From: Psychrobacter sp. DM4
Lineage (GTDB): Bacteria > Pseudomonadota > Gammaproteobacteria > Pseudomonadales > Moraxellaceae
Length of the DNA: 32,000 nt
Direction of reading: 5' to 3'
Assembly: GCF_051307035.1 (NCBI RefSeq)
Contig: NZ_CP195536.1
Span: 210,001 to 242,000 of the forward strand
Part shown: piece after piece, positions 1-7,088 of the stretch
Numbering within the stretch: the first letter of the stretch is position 1
How the letters are laid out: each line of letters starts with the position of its first letter
The notes under the pieces: generated by a model
What the model saw: the letters and a program-made list of their open reading frames with translations, nothing else
What the model was told of the DNA's origin: nothing
Databases searched by the model: none
Made by a program: the position numbers and the translations under genes

Positions 1-243
1 GGCTGTCAAACTGCTAAAGGCTGGTTGTCACAACGAGACAATGGTAGCTTAGAGTACCAAAACAGCCAAAAGCTAGCCCCATTAGAGCTACCAGCCGCGC
101 AAAAGACTGCGGCGTTTATACCGCTATACCCGACTCCTAACGCTGGCGTGAACACCTTGACTTTAGAAAATGAGGCGGGTAAGCAGTATCTGCTACCCAA
201 GCCTGAACGAGCCATTGCTGTCAGTTCTGATCCTACAAACTAA
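1..243 (+). CDS. 3' end of an ORF entering from the left edge; product unknown. bamC/nlpB occupies this position upstream of purC in E. coli, but there is no motif support here.
   Basis: Frame +1 is open from base 1 to TAA at 241-243. The track's TTG at 25 is probably internal. Confidence 0.35.
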   Translation, partial: GCQTAKGWLSQRDNGSLEYQNSQKLAPLELPAAQKTAAFIPLYPTPNAGVNTLTLENEAGKQYLLPKPERAIAVSSDPTN

Positions 244-361
244 TCTTTTTTATACTGCTACGGCTTTTGAAGATAATGAGAGATTTATTATTATCCGCTA
301 AATACTGATGGCAGCTGCGCGTTTTTATTACTTTAAGCTTGAACGAACAGGAAAATCTACT

Positions 362-1075
362 ATGCAAAAGCAACAACTGCTCTACAAAGGCAAAGCCAAA
401 TCTGTATATGAGACTGATGATAGTGATCTGTTGATTCTACACTTTCGTGATGATACGTCAGCCTTTGATGGCGAGCGTATAGAGCAGTTGGCACGTAAGG
501 GTGCTGTCAATAATCGCTTCAATGCTTTTATTATGCAAAAGCTTGATGAGGCAGGTATCGAGACTCATTTTAAAGAGCACTTATCGGATAATGAGGTGCT
601 AGTCAAGCGCCTTGATATGATTCCTGTTGAGTGTGTGGTTCGTAACTTTGCCGCTGGTAGCTTGGTACGCCGTTTGGGTATTGAGGAGGGGCAGGCACTC
701 AATCCACCAACTTATGAGCTGTTCTACAAAGATGATGCTTTAGGTGATCCAATGGTCAATGAGTCACTATCGGTTTCTCTTGGCTGGGCGACTGAGGCGC
801 AACTGGCCGCAATGAAAGAGCTGACTTATCAAGTTAATGATGTGCTCAAAGGCTTGTTCGATGACGGCGACTTGATGCTCGTTGATTTTAAGTTAGAATT
901 TGGTGTATTCCATGACCGTATCGTCTTAGGTGACGAGTTCTCGCCAGATGGCTGCCGAATTTGGGATAAGACGACCAAGAAAAAGCTCGATAAAGACCGT
1001 TTTCGCCAGTCGCTTGGTGATGTTATCGAAGGCTATGAAGAAGTGGCAAAGCGTATCGGTGTACCGTCACCCTAA
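362..1075 (+). CDS. purC: Phosphoribosylaminoimidazole-succinocarboxamide (SAICAR) synthase
   Basis: [20 protein letters not shown]...[12 protein letters not shown]...VECVVRN.AAGS...LVDFKLEFG is typical short-form PurC. Start moved to the ATG at 362; the track's 308 adds a non-homologous leader. Confidence 0.93.
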   Translation: MQKQQLLYKGKAKSVYETDDSDLLILHFRDDTSAFDGERIEQLARKGAVNNRFNAFIMQKLDEAGIETHFKEHLSDNEVLVKRLDMIPVECVVRNFAAGSLVRRLGIEEGQALNPPTYELFYKDDALGDPMVNESLSVSLGWATEAQLAAMKELTYQVNDVLKGLFDDGDLMLVDFKLEFGVFHDRIVLGDEFSPDGCRIWDKTTKKKLDKDRFRQSLGDVIEGYEEVAKRIGVPSP

Positions 1076-1091
1076 GCAATACGTAATTCCT

Positions 1092-1121
1092 AAAAAACTA
1101 AGCCTTAAGCTTGGTTTTTTT
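1092..1121 (+). terminator. Intrinsic terminator after purC
   Basis: AAAAAACTAAGC / GCTTGGTTTTTT stem with one G-U pair, loop CTTAA, then a T-run. Confidence 0.6.
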
Positions 1122-1215
1122 ATGCAAAAAATTACTTAATAATCATTAAACGGACACGGTAGTATAAACATAACCTTTTTATAATAGAGCTCAAGTCGCC
1201 AATAAAGTGTTTATT

Positions 1216-1851
1216 ATGTCAGAATCAACCTCATCGACTGTCCTACCTTCATCATGGTTTACTCGTCCCACATGCGTTGTCGCTGCTGACTTAGTTGGCA
1301 AAGTACTGTGCCGCACTCTAATAGATAAGGATGGCGCGCAAAAAACCTTGCGTATGCGTATCTCAGAGACTGAAGGCTATATCGGAGAGAGCGACGGCTC
1401 GGTCGCAGCGCATTTAAAAAAAGGCAAGGGCGCCTCAAATATAATGTCTCAATCAGGGGGCGTCTTTTACGTGTACCTAACGTATGGCGTTCATCATATG
1501 CTCAATCTAGTTACAGGCGCTGCAGACTCTCCTGAATCGGTGCTGATTCGTGCAGGGTTCTTGAGTACAGACAGTGATCGGCTGGCTGACGAACAAACCC
1601 TGAGCACAGACAAACAGCTCACTCACCCCAAGCAGTTCGCAGGTCCTGGTAAGCTGACCAAACGCTTACAAATAGACAAATCCCTTTATGATAAGTCTAT
1701 ATCTCCTGAGTCAAAGGTTTGGATCGAAGATGATGGGTGCGCGCCGCCAGTATCGCTGCGCCCGCGTATCGGTATCGACTATGCTGGAGAGGCCAAGGAC
1801 TGGCTACTACGTTATGTCTGGACCGATCATCCTTCTTTATCTAAAAAGTAG
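1216..1851 (+). CDS. mpg: DNA-3-methyladenine glycosylase, Mpg/AAG family
   Basis: Family motifs are present: ISETEGYIGESD..AAH, GGVFYVYLTYGVHHMLNLV, VLIRA and GPGKLTKRLQI. The start is ambiguous between GTG 1207 and ATG 1216. Confidence 0.8.
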   Translation: MSESTSSTVLPSSWFTRPTCVVAADLVGKVLCRTLIDKDGAQKTLRMRISETEGYIGESDGSVAAHLKKGKGASNIMSQSGGVFYVYLTYGVHHMLNLVTGAADSPESVLIRAGFLSTDSDRLADEQTLSTDKQLTHPKQFAGPGKLTKRLQIDKSLYDKSISPESKVWIEDDGCAPPVSLRPRIGIDYAGEAKDWLLRYVWTDHPSLSKK

Positions 1852-1893
1852 CATCTATAAAATAGCTATAACACTATAAGCAGAGAAAACACT

Positions 1894-2205
1894 ATGTATA
1901 AGCTCACCGTTTTTGTTCCTAGAGCATCGTTGGATACTGTCAAAATCGCATTGTTCGCTGCAGGGGCTGGTCGTATCGGTAACTACGAGCAGTGCTGCTG
2001 GCAAGTCGAAGGGATAGGGCAGTTTTTGCCATTGATGGGTAGCGACCCGCATATCGGTATGCAAGATACGCTAGCACAAGTCGATGAATGGCGAGTTGAG
2101 ATGGTCGTCGTCGAAGATGCAATCCATAGAGTCATTGAGGCTTTAAAAGAAGCGCACCCTTACGAGACCCCAGCGTATGATGTGATTAAAGTATTAGATA
2201 TATAA
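1894..2205 (+). CDS. YqfO/NIF3-insert-like small protein (about 100 aa, PII-like fold family)
   Basis: MYKL.VFVP...KIALFAAGAGRIGNY..C.WQ..G.GQF.P..GS.P.IG......E.RVEMV.......V..ALK.AHPYE.PAYDV matches the stand-alone YqfO-domain family from memory. Confidence 0.65.
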   Translation: MYKLTVFVPRASLDTVKIALFAAGAGRIGNYEQCCWQVEGIGQFLPLMGSDPHIGMQDTLAQVDEWRVEMVVVEDAIHRVIEALKEAHPYETPAYDVIKVLDI

Positions 2206-2228
2206 TATTTTTATATAATCATGCTACC

Positions 2229-2267
2229 AAAAAAAAGTCAAATAAGACTACAAGAGACCTATTTGAC
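2229..2267 (-). terminator. Intrinsic terminator downstream of the 2325-2972 gene
   Basis: On the minus strand: GTCAAATA..TATTTGAC stem followed by T8 (the plus-strand A8 at 2229-2236). Confidence 0.6.
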
Positions 2268-2324
2268 CAAAGCAAGCAACTGCTGAAACTAGAAAGTGTT
2301 GTCTTTAATTGATTCTTTTTTGGC

Positions 2325-2972
2325 TCAATCTTTTTTGAGTTTGATAACGTCCAAGTTTGGGTAGCTCAGTTCAATCTCATAATCTTGTCCACCGCGTCTA
2401 GCCTCAATCTCAAAGATTCCGCGATTTTTCTTACTATCAAAGTCGATATCCGTCACGCTATAGCCCATTGCTCGTACTTTACGAATAGCCCGTTGCTTGA
2501 TGACAGAATAGCGTGCATCTTTTTGCACTTTACCATCGTTCTTACGATTGTATTTTTTACCTTTGTTTTTTTTCTTATCCTTATAGCGATTATTATTATA
2601 TTTGTCTTTGTAGTCTTTATCGTTTTGCCAACTATTAGAGCGATTCTTTTTAATAGTGCTAAGGCGTTTTAGATCGGGATAGCTATAGATAAAATCATAA
2701 AACTGATTGTTCTTTTCAGCATAGGCGACTAGCACTTGACGACCGCGATAGTTATCGCGTCTGATATCTAATACTTTGTACCCATTGCGATTAAGCTCTC
2801 GCCGTAATTGTCCATTTGCACGATTGCTATTACCATCACGGTACACAGGTTGATTGTCATAGCCTGATGTTACTGTACACCCAACGGTCGCCCCTAGCAT
2901 AAAAACGGATACCGTGGTTAATAGTGCTGTTTTTATCACCGAACGTGATATTGAATGCGGTGTGGCTACCAT
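2325..2972 (-). CDS. Secreted protein or possible lipoprotein with two PepSY-like repeats joined by a Lys/Asn-rich low-complexity linker
   Basis: The N-terminal hydrophobic signal ends ...LGATVGC. Two related modules end in YSYPDLKRL and LSYPNLDVIKL. The linker reads KDYKDKYNNNRYKDKKKNKGKKYNRKND. Confidence 0.7.
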   Translation of the reverse strand: MVATPHSISRSVIKTALLTTVSVFMLGATVGCTVTSGYDNQPVYRDGNSNRANGQLRRELNRNGYKVLDIRRDNYRGRQVLVAYAEKNNQFYDFIYSYPDLKRLSTIKKNRSNSWQNDKDYKDKYNNNRYKDKKKNKGKKYNRKNDGKVQKDARYSVIKQRAIRKVRAMGYSVTDIDFDSKKNRGIFEIEARRGGQDYEIELSYPNLDVIKLKKD

Positions 2973-3233
2973 GAGTTTTATTCCTATTATGAGTATAGTA
3001 AGTCGCTACTTAAACGATAAATGTATCATTGTGAAATGTTTTCTTACATTTAGAGCATAGAGCGCTAAAGTTTATAGTAGATGTCATTTTCGTTAGTGAG
3101 TTGTAATCGATAGAAACATCTACTTACTCATTTGTTAAAATTAAAAAACAAGAAATACCATTAAAAATGCATTTATAAATACTACTAAGACTAAGTAGTG
3201 TCTGCGTTTGACAGATAGAGGGGAGTTACCATA

Positions 3234-3938
3234 TTGTTTGATCTTATAGTATTTTCAGGATTTGCAGGTATTACTGTGTTTGTTGGTGGATTGTTAGCTA
3301 ACTTGTTCAATCATCATGTAAAAGATAGTCCTATAAAATATGAGATTATCCATACCTCAATGTCGTTTGGCGCAGGTATCATCTTATCTGCTCTAGCACT
3401 GGTGCTGGTACCTAAAGGAATGGAGGAACTGGGTGTCTGGAGCCTGATAGGGTCGTTCTTATTAGGCGCAATGATTTTTATGGTTATTGACTATAGACTG
3501 GCTAAATCAGGCAGTCAGCAAGCGACACTACTCGCTATGATGATGGATTTTGTGCCTGAATCAATCGCCTTAGGTGCTGTGTTCGCGATTGAACCGCAGA
3601 TGGCGCTACTGTTAGCGGTATTTATCGGTTTACAGAATTTACCTGAGTCTTTTAATTCATTTCGAGACTTAGTGCAAAGTGGATACAGCGTCAAAAAGAC
3701 GCTCATTATATTTTTTGCGCTTAGCTTTTTTGGCATCATCTCTGCGCTTATAGGACATTATTTATTAAGAGAGGAGCCTCAGCTCACAGCGCATTTAATG
3801 ATCTTTGCTAGTGGAGGAATATTATATTTACTCATTCAAGACATTATTCCGGAGAGTAAACTTGATAATAACTATCTGACCTCACTTGGAGCGACGCTTG
3901 GGTTTTTAGTAGGTGTCATTGGCGAGATGATTATTTGA
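3234..3938 (+). CDS. ZIP-family divalent metal (zinc) transporter
   Basis: Polytopic membrane protein with ZIP-like segments (MMMDFVPESIALG, GLQNLPESF). TTG start preceded by GAGGGGAG about 9 nt upstream. Confidence 0.8.
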   Translation: MFDLIVFSGFAGITVFVGGLLANLFNHHVKDSPIKYEIIHTSMSFGAGIILSALALVLVPKGMEELGVWSLIGSFLLGAMIFMVIDYRLAKSGSQQATLLAMMMDFVPESIALGAVFAIEPQMALLLAVFIGLQNLPESFNSFRDLVQSGYSVKKTLIIFFALSFFGIISALIGHYLLREEPQLTAHLMIFASGGILYLLIQDIIPESKLDNNYLTSLGATLGFLVGVIGEMII

Positions 3939-3956
3939 AGTCACTATTATATAGCT

Positions 3957-3974
3957 TGTAAGCATATGCTTACA
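3957..3974. promoter_or_regulatory. GacA/UvrY-type upstream activating sequence
   Basis: The perfect palindrome TGTAAGCATATGCTTACA matches TGTAAG-N6-CTTACA at all 12 specified positions. Confidence 0.7.
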
Positions 3975-3994
3975 GACAGTGACGCTAATACCTC

Positions 3995-4023
3995 TTAACA
4001 ATGCGATAACAATTTGGCATTAT
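3995..4023 (+). promoter_or_regulatory. Sigma70-like promoter for the candidate sRNA
   Basis: TTAACA (3995-4000), 17 nt spacer, CATTAT (4018-4023). An overlapping TATAGT at 4021-4026 is an alternative -10. Confidence 0.4.
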
Positions 4024-4029
4024 AGTCAC

Positions 4030-4292
4030 ACGGCATTAGGGAATATGACTCAAGGATTGAGTTGACCGTATCACGGATGATCAGTTGATTATTAACGTCA
4101 GGATGACAATGATAATTGGTATAGGTATATAACCCTATGTTGATGGTAGTAATGCCAAAGATACACTGTAATGGGCAAGATGCCCAACTGTTATGACATA
4201 CACTACATGGATGTAGTGAAGAAAGTGATAACAGGTGACAAGGATGGTCAACGATAAAACCGCATAGCAGTGATTTGTTATGCGGTTTTATC
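4030..4292 (+). ncRNA. Candidate CsrA/RsmA-sequestering sRNA (Csr/Rsm family); the 5' end is approximate
   Basis: No ORF of 60 aa or more. Six GGA on the + strand and no TCC. GGATG occurs four times. GGA sits in hairpin loops at 4048-4062, 4070-4081, 4097-4107, 4201-4218 and 4236-4250. A GacA box lies upstream and a terminator at the 3' end. Confidence 0.65.
4256..4292 (+). terminator. Intrinsic terminator (3' end of the candidate sRNA)
   Basis: AAAACCGCATA (4256-4266) pairs with TATGCGGTTTT (4279-4289), followed by TTTTAT. Confidence 0.7.
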
Positions 4293-4340
4293 GTGTCTGG
4301 GGTTTGGAGATTCTATCTGATCAAAATTATAGCCCACAAA

Positions 4341-4371
4341 AAACCGTATTGGGCTTCAATACGGTCTTTTT
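4341..4371 (-). terminator. Intrinsic terminator downstream of csbD, bidirectional in shape
   Basis: ACCGTATTG (4343-4351) pairs with CAATACGGT (4357-4365). It is flanked by an A-run and a T-run, about 35 nt after the csbD stop. Confidence 0.7.
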
Positions 4372-4399
4372 CGTTCTATAGGACTATGTGACCTACAAC

Positions 4400-4603
4400 T
4401 TAATATTTGTTTTCACGGCGCCAATCATCAACTTCTCTTTCGGCATCTTCTTTGGCATGTCCATAGCGCTCTTGTACTCGTCCAACAAGCTTGTCACGAC
4501 TGCCTTCAATATGAGTCAAATCATCATCTGTTAAGTCAGCCCACTTCTGTTTGACTGAACCTTTCATTTGGTTCCATTCACCTTTTAGAGTATGTTCGTT
4601 CAT
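4400..4603 (-). CDS. csbD: CsbD-family stress-response protein
   Basis: 67 aa. G.W.Q.KG.VK.KW..LTDDDL..I.G.R..L.G..QERYG..K..A..EV is the CsbD signature. GGAGCA RBS upstream. Confidence 0.9.
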   Translation of the reverse strand: MNEHTLKGEWNQMKGSVKQKWADLTDDDLTHIEGSRDKLVGRVQERYGHAKEDAEREVDDWRRENKY

Positions 4604-4935
4604 TACTGTGCTCCTTTTATTTATTGATATAACGGCTTATACCGCTAGTCCTTTATTGTTTGTCACATGCTTTAGTAGTCTAAATGCAAGTAAACTCAAC
4701 ACTCAATAATCACTATATAAATTCCTTAATGTATTGTCTGTATAAGGAATGTTTGTAGTGTAACTTAATGATAATAAAGAATGCTTCAATGTATGTCCAC
4801 TCACAATACAAGTAAGCTTAGACCAAAACGATGAGCTAATACACAAGCTGCTAAAAATGCTATCAGATACTCTCTAAAAATAGAGTAATAGAATGAGAGC
4901 TGTACTTAGAGTATTATGATATTTAAATCTATAGT

Positions 4936-6168
4936 CTATTTTGCTAAATAATTGCGATAGCGTTTAGTCAGCTTTTTTAGGCGCATACGGTCTTTTATCA
5001 AAGAGACGATGGGCGAGGATTTGCGTTTAGGAGATTTGCCTTGCCCCATACGTTGTAATTGGCTTTTGACAACTGCCATAGTGGCAATAGCGCTCAAGGT
5101 TTTATCCCTCCAGCGTACCGCAGGATCGGAGGCGCTAATCTTATCATCAGTCTGCCACTGTTTTGGCAAAGCAGGATTCATAGCGAGCGCTGTACCCATA
5201 CCGACAACATCGATGCCTTGAGCCAATACTTGTTCTGCTACTGCCAAGCGTCGCACGCCGCCCGTCGTCATGACTGGCATCACTGCTATTTTTGCAAGGT
5301 CAGTTGCAAAGTCCAAAAAGTAGGCCTCGCGCTTTAACGTTCTACCATCAGCGGTTTGACCTTGCATAGCAGGACTCTCATAACTACCGCCTGATAGCTC
5401 AACCAAATCTACAGCCAGCTCATTCATTGCCAAGATAACGACTTTGGCATCATCCGAATCAAAGCCGCCGCGCTGAAAGTCAGCTGAATTTAGCTTGACT
5501 GATACCGCAAAGCTACTAGCAACTCGTGCACGAATCGCCTTGATAACTCTAATCAATAAGCGCATACGATTCTCAATCGAACCACCAAACTCATCGGTAC
5601 GTTTATTGATCAGTGGCGACAAGAACTGTGATATTAGATAGCCGTGGGCGGCATGAATTTGCACGCCATTAAACCCGGCTTGTTCAGCCTTTAGCGCAGT
5701 ATCAGCGAAGCGCTCGATAAGCTGCTCAATATCATCAGCGCTCATGGCACGAGGTTTGCCAAACAAATGCGAGTGTTTGCCTAGATCAAGAGGCACATCA
5801 GACGGAGACCATACCTCACCGCCCATCGCCGCATAAACTTGGCGACCAGGATGATTGATCTGCATCCAGACGTGAGTGTTGTCTTGTTTGGCCACCTGTG
5901 CCCAAGAGGCAAAAGGCGTAAGCTCACTTTGCTTTTCTAGAACAACGCCGCCAGGCCCTGTCATAGCACGCCCATCCACCATTACATTGCCTGTAATCAA
6001 TAGTCCAGTACCGCCCTTTGCCCATTGGTCGTACAAGCGCAAAAGTGTAGGGCCAGGGACTTGCCCGATATCTGCCATGTTCTCCTCCATAGCTGCTTTG
6101 GCTAGTCGGTTGCGTAGAGTTGCGCCGCAGGGCAAAGTAAGAGGGCTAAAAACTGTAGATGTTGCCAT
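4936..6168 (-). CDS. NADH:flavin oxidoreductase, Old Yellow Enzyme family
   Basis: LRNRLAKAAMEE, QINHPGRQ, FNGVQIHAAHGYLISQFLSP..N.RTDE.GGS.ENR and the TIM-barrel C-terminal motifs. Confidence 0.88.
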   Translation of the reverse strand: MATSTVFSPLTLPCGATLRNRLAKAAMEENMADIGQVPGPTLLRLYDQWAKGGTGLLITGNVMVDGRAMTGPGGVVLEKQSELTPFASWAQVAKQDNTHVWMQINHPGRQVYAAMGGEVWSPSDVPLDLGKHSHLFGKPRAMSADDIEQLIERFADTALKAEQAGFNGVQIHAAHGYLISQFLSPLINKRTDEFGGSIENRMRLLIRVIKAIRARVASSFAVSVKLNSADFQRGGFDSDDAKVVILAMNELAVDLVELSGGSYESPAMQGQTADGRTLKREAYFLDFATDLAKIAVMPVMTTGGVRRLAVAEQVLAQGIDVVGMGTALAMNPALPKQWQTDDKISASDPAVRWRDKTLSAIATMAVVKSQLQRMGQGKSPKRKSSPIVSLIKDRMRLKKLTKRYRNYLAK

Positions 6169-6239
6169 AAAGAAAACCTAAGTATTATTTTTAAAAGTGT
6201 GACAAGCATACCATTAAATTGTAGACTTATCGTGTAAAT

Positions 6240-6257
6240 GACTATAGCCTTATAGTC
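6240..6257. promoter_or_regulatory. Candidate TetR operator in the divergent OYE/TetR intergenic region
   Basis: Inverted repeat GACTATA-gcct-TATAGTC, located between the two divergent start codons. Confidence 0.35.
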
Positions 6258-6306
6258 GAAACATTAATAATTTGTATCAGTCATCTCAATCAACAAAGGC
6301 AGACCA

Positions 6307-7062
6307 TTGGTGAACGTTCTTGCAACAAATGCACTTGTAAATAGTACTCATGATGTACCCGTAGCCTCGAAACGTGAGCTGGCAAAAGCCAAAACGCGTA
6401 AGGCTATCCTAAAAAGCGCGCTAAGACTTTATAGCATTGAGGGTAGTTGCGGGATGAGTATGAACAAGATTGCCAAAGGCGCAGGCATCGCTCAGCCAAG
6501 CTTTTACAATCATTTTGCAAGCCTAGAGGTCTTGGAGCACGAATTGAGCGCGCAGCTCAAAGATAACTATCTATCGCCTATACGTATGGCTTGGGTGACT
6601 ATGCTTGAGGACTATACTTCACTTGATAAAGCGCAGTTTTATCAGCGTTGCCAGCAGTGTTTGGGCATGATATTTGATGCCGCCTTTGTCAATATTTATC
6701 TGTTTCAGCGCTTGATTGAAGATCGGGTACGCGCGGAGCCTACTCGCTTAGACTTATCTCTTAAAGGGCTGTCAGATAGCACAGAATCGAGTGACGGCTT
6801 GGGACACTTAATTAACGAGATACAAGAAGAGTGGACACAGATATTTATCGAAGGGTTGTTATCGGCTGAGTGCAATTTTGAGCACTCTCAGATCAATCTA
6901 AGCGTCGATATCGCGACTGCGCAAGTGCATGAGCTCATATTAGGCTGCCATCAGCAGCGTTATAGTAGAGCGCAGGCAATTGCCGTGCTTAGCAAAAACT
7001 TCGATACGCTTTTTGAGAGCTTTTGGTACAAAACCATGACGAGTCAACCGGTTACAAACTAA
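6307..7062 (+). CDS. TetR/AcrR-family transcriptional regulator
   Basis: N-terminal helix-turn-helix: KTRKAILKSALRLYS..G..GMSMNKIAKGAGIAQPSFYNHF. The start (TTG 6307 or GTG 6310) is uncertain. Confidence 0.85.
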   Translation: MVNVLATNALVNSTHDVPVASKRELAKAKTRKAILKSALRLYSIEGSCGMSMNKIAKGAGIAQPSFYNHFASLEVLEHELSAQLKDNYLSPIRMAWVTMLEDYTSLDKAQFYQRCQQCLGMIFDAAFVNIYLFQRLIEDRVRAEPTRLDLSLKGLSDSTESSDGLGHLINEIQEEWTQIFIEGLLSAECNFEHSQINLSVDIATAQVHELILGCHQQRYSRAQAIAVLSKNFDTLFESFWYKTMTSQPVTN

Positions 7063-7088
7063 ATGGAATTTACATCGTAAATAAAGGA

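Noticed and set aside
244-361. A possible purine-responsive regulatory element or riboswitch upstream of purC.
   Set aside because: I found no recognisable PurR-box palindrome or conserved riboswitch core in the 118-nt leader, only AT-rich sequence.
2385-2672. 95-aa ORF on the + strand.
   Set aside because: It is antisense to the Lys/Asn-rich linker of the PepSY-like gene. Its Phe/Ile/Val-rich translation is simply the complement of AAR/AAY codons.
4103-4132. A small peptide ORF inside the candidate sRNA (ATG at 4103).
   Set aside because: Reading it out gives only 9 codons before TAA (4130-4132). The AGGA upstream is better explained as one of the GGA-loop motifs.
4293-4399. A second small RNA between the two terminators at 4256-4292 and 4341-4371.
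   Set aside because: Only about 50 nt separate the two, and there is no promoter-like element or structure. More simply, these are back-to-back terminators for the sRNA (+) and csbD (-).
7023-7088. A 5' extension of the molybdoenzyme ORF overlapping tetR by 40 nt.
   Set aside because: The extension has no homology-like content. MSTMPTK at 7089/7098 follows an AAGGA and sits about 45 residues before the Cys cluster, which is the usual distance.
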